Below are positions 61,293-64,000 of a stretch of DNA of 64,000 nt, piece after piece. Below the pieces are notes generated by a model that did no database searches, had not been told where the DNA came from, and was given only the letters and a program-made list of their open reading frames with translations. How positions within the stretch are numbered: position 1 is the stretch's first letter; each line of letters starts with the position of its first letter. The stretch spans positions 9,177,764 through 9,241,763 of the forward strand of contig CM082590.2 in assembly GCA_040954595.2 (NCBI GenBank), given 5' to 3'. The translations under genes and the position numbers were made by a program. Source of the stretch: Balanoglossus misakiensis. Taxonomy: Eukaryota; Animalia; Hemichordata.

Positions 61293-62789
61293 CTGTGGGT
61301 GTAGAAAGGCAATGCGTAGGTTGAAATGGGTTATTAAAATAAACTGAACTTAGTGTTCAGAAGTTGGCTCATACTTGTAGTCATAGTAAGACAAGAAGAG
61401 ATTTTATTAATGAGAAGAAGTAAGTTATATTGACTGCCGGAGATATAGATATACTACTCTAGCACTTGAACTTGTGAAACTGTAGTTTTATAAGATCAAG
61501 AGAAGGTTTTATGTGAGTTGACTTGAAAGCAAGATTGCCTGGAAATCAGTTTTTGTGGACAAGACTTTAACATTAATGAACTGAATCTTAGCTTGAGTAT
61601 TTGCCCTTGTACCCTATGTTTAGAGGCAACTTTGAGGCATTGGTCAAATGCAATGAAAGGAAAACATTTCTGACCATTATTTGGCGGATAATTAATTTGG
61701 AGGTTATATTATGTGGGTTTACACTGGGAATATTCTGGATGTTTTAGCTCACTGCTCCAGGAATGTGAACCCAGGAATTGGTATATTCTGGGGAACTGGG
61801 AAGTTTAGATTCATGCACAAAAAACTTCAACAGCAAAGGGAATATTTGGCACACAGCCAGGTCTGTTGGCACATTGCCAAAACACCTTGGCACACTGCCA
61901 TATTTGATGAACCAGCATGTTACTATGACTACATAATATGCATGGCGATTAGCGGCCATGTTGCCCAACTGATGCAGCCATCATTTAGCTTGGTCAACTG
62001 AAGTGCAACATTACGAATTATTCGATAAAATATGGCAAACGAAAGCATGCAAAATGCCTTAAAGGGACAAAGTTGCTACTCCTTGATAATTTATCACCTT
62101 TCATTTCATTCACTGAGATTTGCTTGCACTCACAACCTGTAGATGGTTCTTATTCACCAAAAACAAGTGTGAGAATACAGCCGACATGTATTAGTACACA
62201 AAACAAAAGTGACTTCTCAGAAAACCGCAAAAAAATCCAAAAATATGTCAAATGTAGCAAGTTTGTCCCCTTCACAAGATGCAAAATAATTCATGTTAAA
62301 ATGACAAGGCATATTTCTTGAAGCAAATTATTTGGACATATGTGGAAATAAAATTATGAACTACACGCCAAAAACAGAGAATTCCTTCATGATAACCATC
62401 CACAACCACCGCTATAAAAGACATTTCCTTATTGGTTTGATACAACTTACTGAGAGGTTGTCCACCAATCAGAAAACATCTACTATAACACTTGGTAAGC
62501 GATGATGTATCTATGTGTACTTTTATGTGAATTTTTGATTAATGCAGTATGTAGATGTAATGTCCAAATGATTTTCACATCTGGCTTTGTAGATTAATAT
62601 GTAAATACAGGCATGAAAACCCACTGGTAATGTTATTCTTAGCAAGCAACCATGCACAGCAAGCCAATCTGTCAAACTATTAGTGAAAATTTCACCAAAA
62701 TGGGATGCTACGATTTCAGATAACACATTGCAGAACCAATTCTGGAATATGCAATCACATCAGAGGATTTCTCAGTTAATTTATCTCAA

Positions 62790-62874
62790 CCCTTTCACCA
62801 CCATGGTTCAGTCCAAACCCATTGTTTTCTACAGTAAGGTTGGACCTCTGAAGATGGAACTGGGGGTGAAAGAG
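62790..62874. mobile_element. piggyBac-like MITE copy
   Basis: CCCTTTCACCACCATGGTTCAGTCCAAACCC...GGGGGTGAAAGAG, similar to 9429-9513. Confidence 0.65.
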
Positions 62875-64000
62875 TTACTGTTCTAGATGTATTATCTGAA
62901 ATCGTACACACAGAAGTCATGGAGTAGTTTACTGTCAGGGTATGTAATTATTGTACTTTCCACCAAAACCAGTAAACATTTCCATGGCTATTGATGTTAA
63001 TAATCAAACACAAACCTTTGATTTCTTTAATATGCAAGCATAAAATAAAAGGCAACATTGGAAATGAAATGTCTGTTACATGAAAGTTAACACTGCAGAA
63101 TTAATGCACAGCAACACGACAGGCTTTTGTCTTTGCCTAAAGTCAGCAACTTCAACGAAAGGACAATTACATATGAACTACTGGTAGCTGTAAGAACCAG
63201 TTTGCTCAGAACGTTGATGGAGAAGTTTATTTTCAAATGAAACATTTTAATTCTTGCATTAAAATTAAAAAATGTGACCAATTAGAACTGGTTTGAACAG
63301 TAACAGTACGACCGACTGGTTGGAACCAGATTGAATGAGGAGACTGGTCTTGACCAATTTGAACAATCTGATGATTATACATACATGCGGTTGATAAGTG
63401 TTGTAATTAGGGCGAGATCCATGCCGAGATCCGTCCAGTCTATCGCCCCGTTTGGAAGGTAATGTATGGGAGAGGACATCGCTAACCGTCTGTTTGTCAC
63501 ATGCAGTGAGGATAAATGAAAAAAAATCGAAAACAAAAAAATATTCCCAACATATTGGGGATTACTGGTGCAAACTACAATGTAAACAACACAGTGGTAT
63601 AGAAAAGTGTAAAAATCAAATAAAAATAATGATATTATGGAATTTGTTGTTCTTATATCTGGACCAAATTTGTGCTCTGTAATTGTTCACATACTCTTTC
63701 TCCATATTGGTTTGCAAGTTTAGAACAGACAAGTTTTTCTATACCACTGTTCACAAAAATGTCTAGGTTTGGATTCTGAAGACACAAGAATACATGTGGT
63801 CATGCATTATTAATGAAAGTGCAAAAATATGTCAATATCAGACAATATAAATAAATTCCAACATATTAAAACTGAGTCATGAAAAGTGTCAACATGCATT
63901 GATGATGTGAATCAATATAAAAACCATGCATTGTAGTGTGCGGGACAGGATTGGGTTTTGTTAGGAGAGGAGGAATCCTTTGGAGCAAGTTAGGGTCTCC

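Overview
Eukaryotic, intron-rich animal DNA. The gene content and repeat types suggest a marine invertebrate deuterostome such as a hemichordate (inference). Left to right: 5' part of HDHD2 (-); two tandem TRIM-NHL E3 ligase paralogues (+) with single-exon CDSs, probably nested antisense in HDHD2 intron 1; an AEN/ISG20-family DEDDh exonuclease (+); HYPK (-, 5 exons); pyruvate dehydrogenase kinase (+, 11 exons); a ~20-kb gene-free repeat island (22.8-42.7 kb); and the 3' 25 exons of talin (-), one intron of which holds a ~3.85-kb compound microsatellite. The island holds tandem arrays with periods of about 88, 690, 490, 290, 70, 490 and 95 bp plus five co-oriented tRNA-like Pol III cassettes. 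The most interesting signals are (1) blade-by-blade hypervariability of the NHL propeller top face between otherwise near-identical TRIM paralogues and (2) the array of tRNA-like Pol III cassettes. All coordinates and alignments were read by eye; no searches were run.
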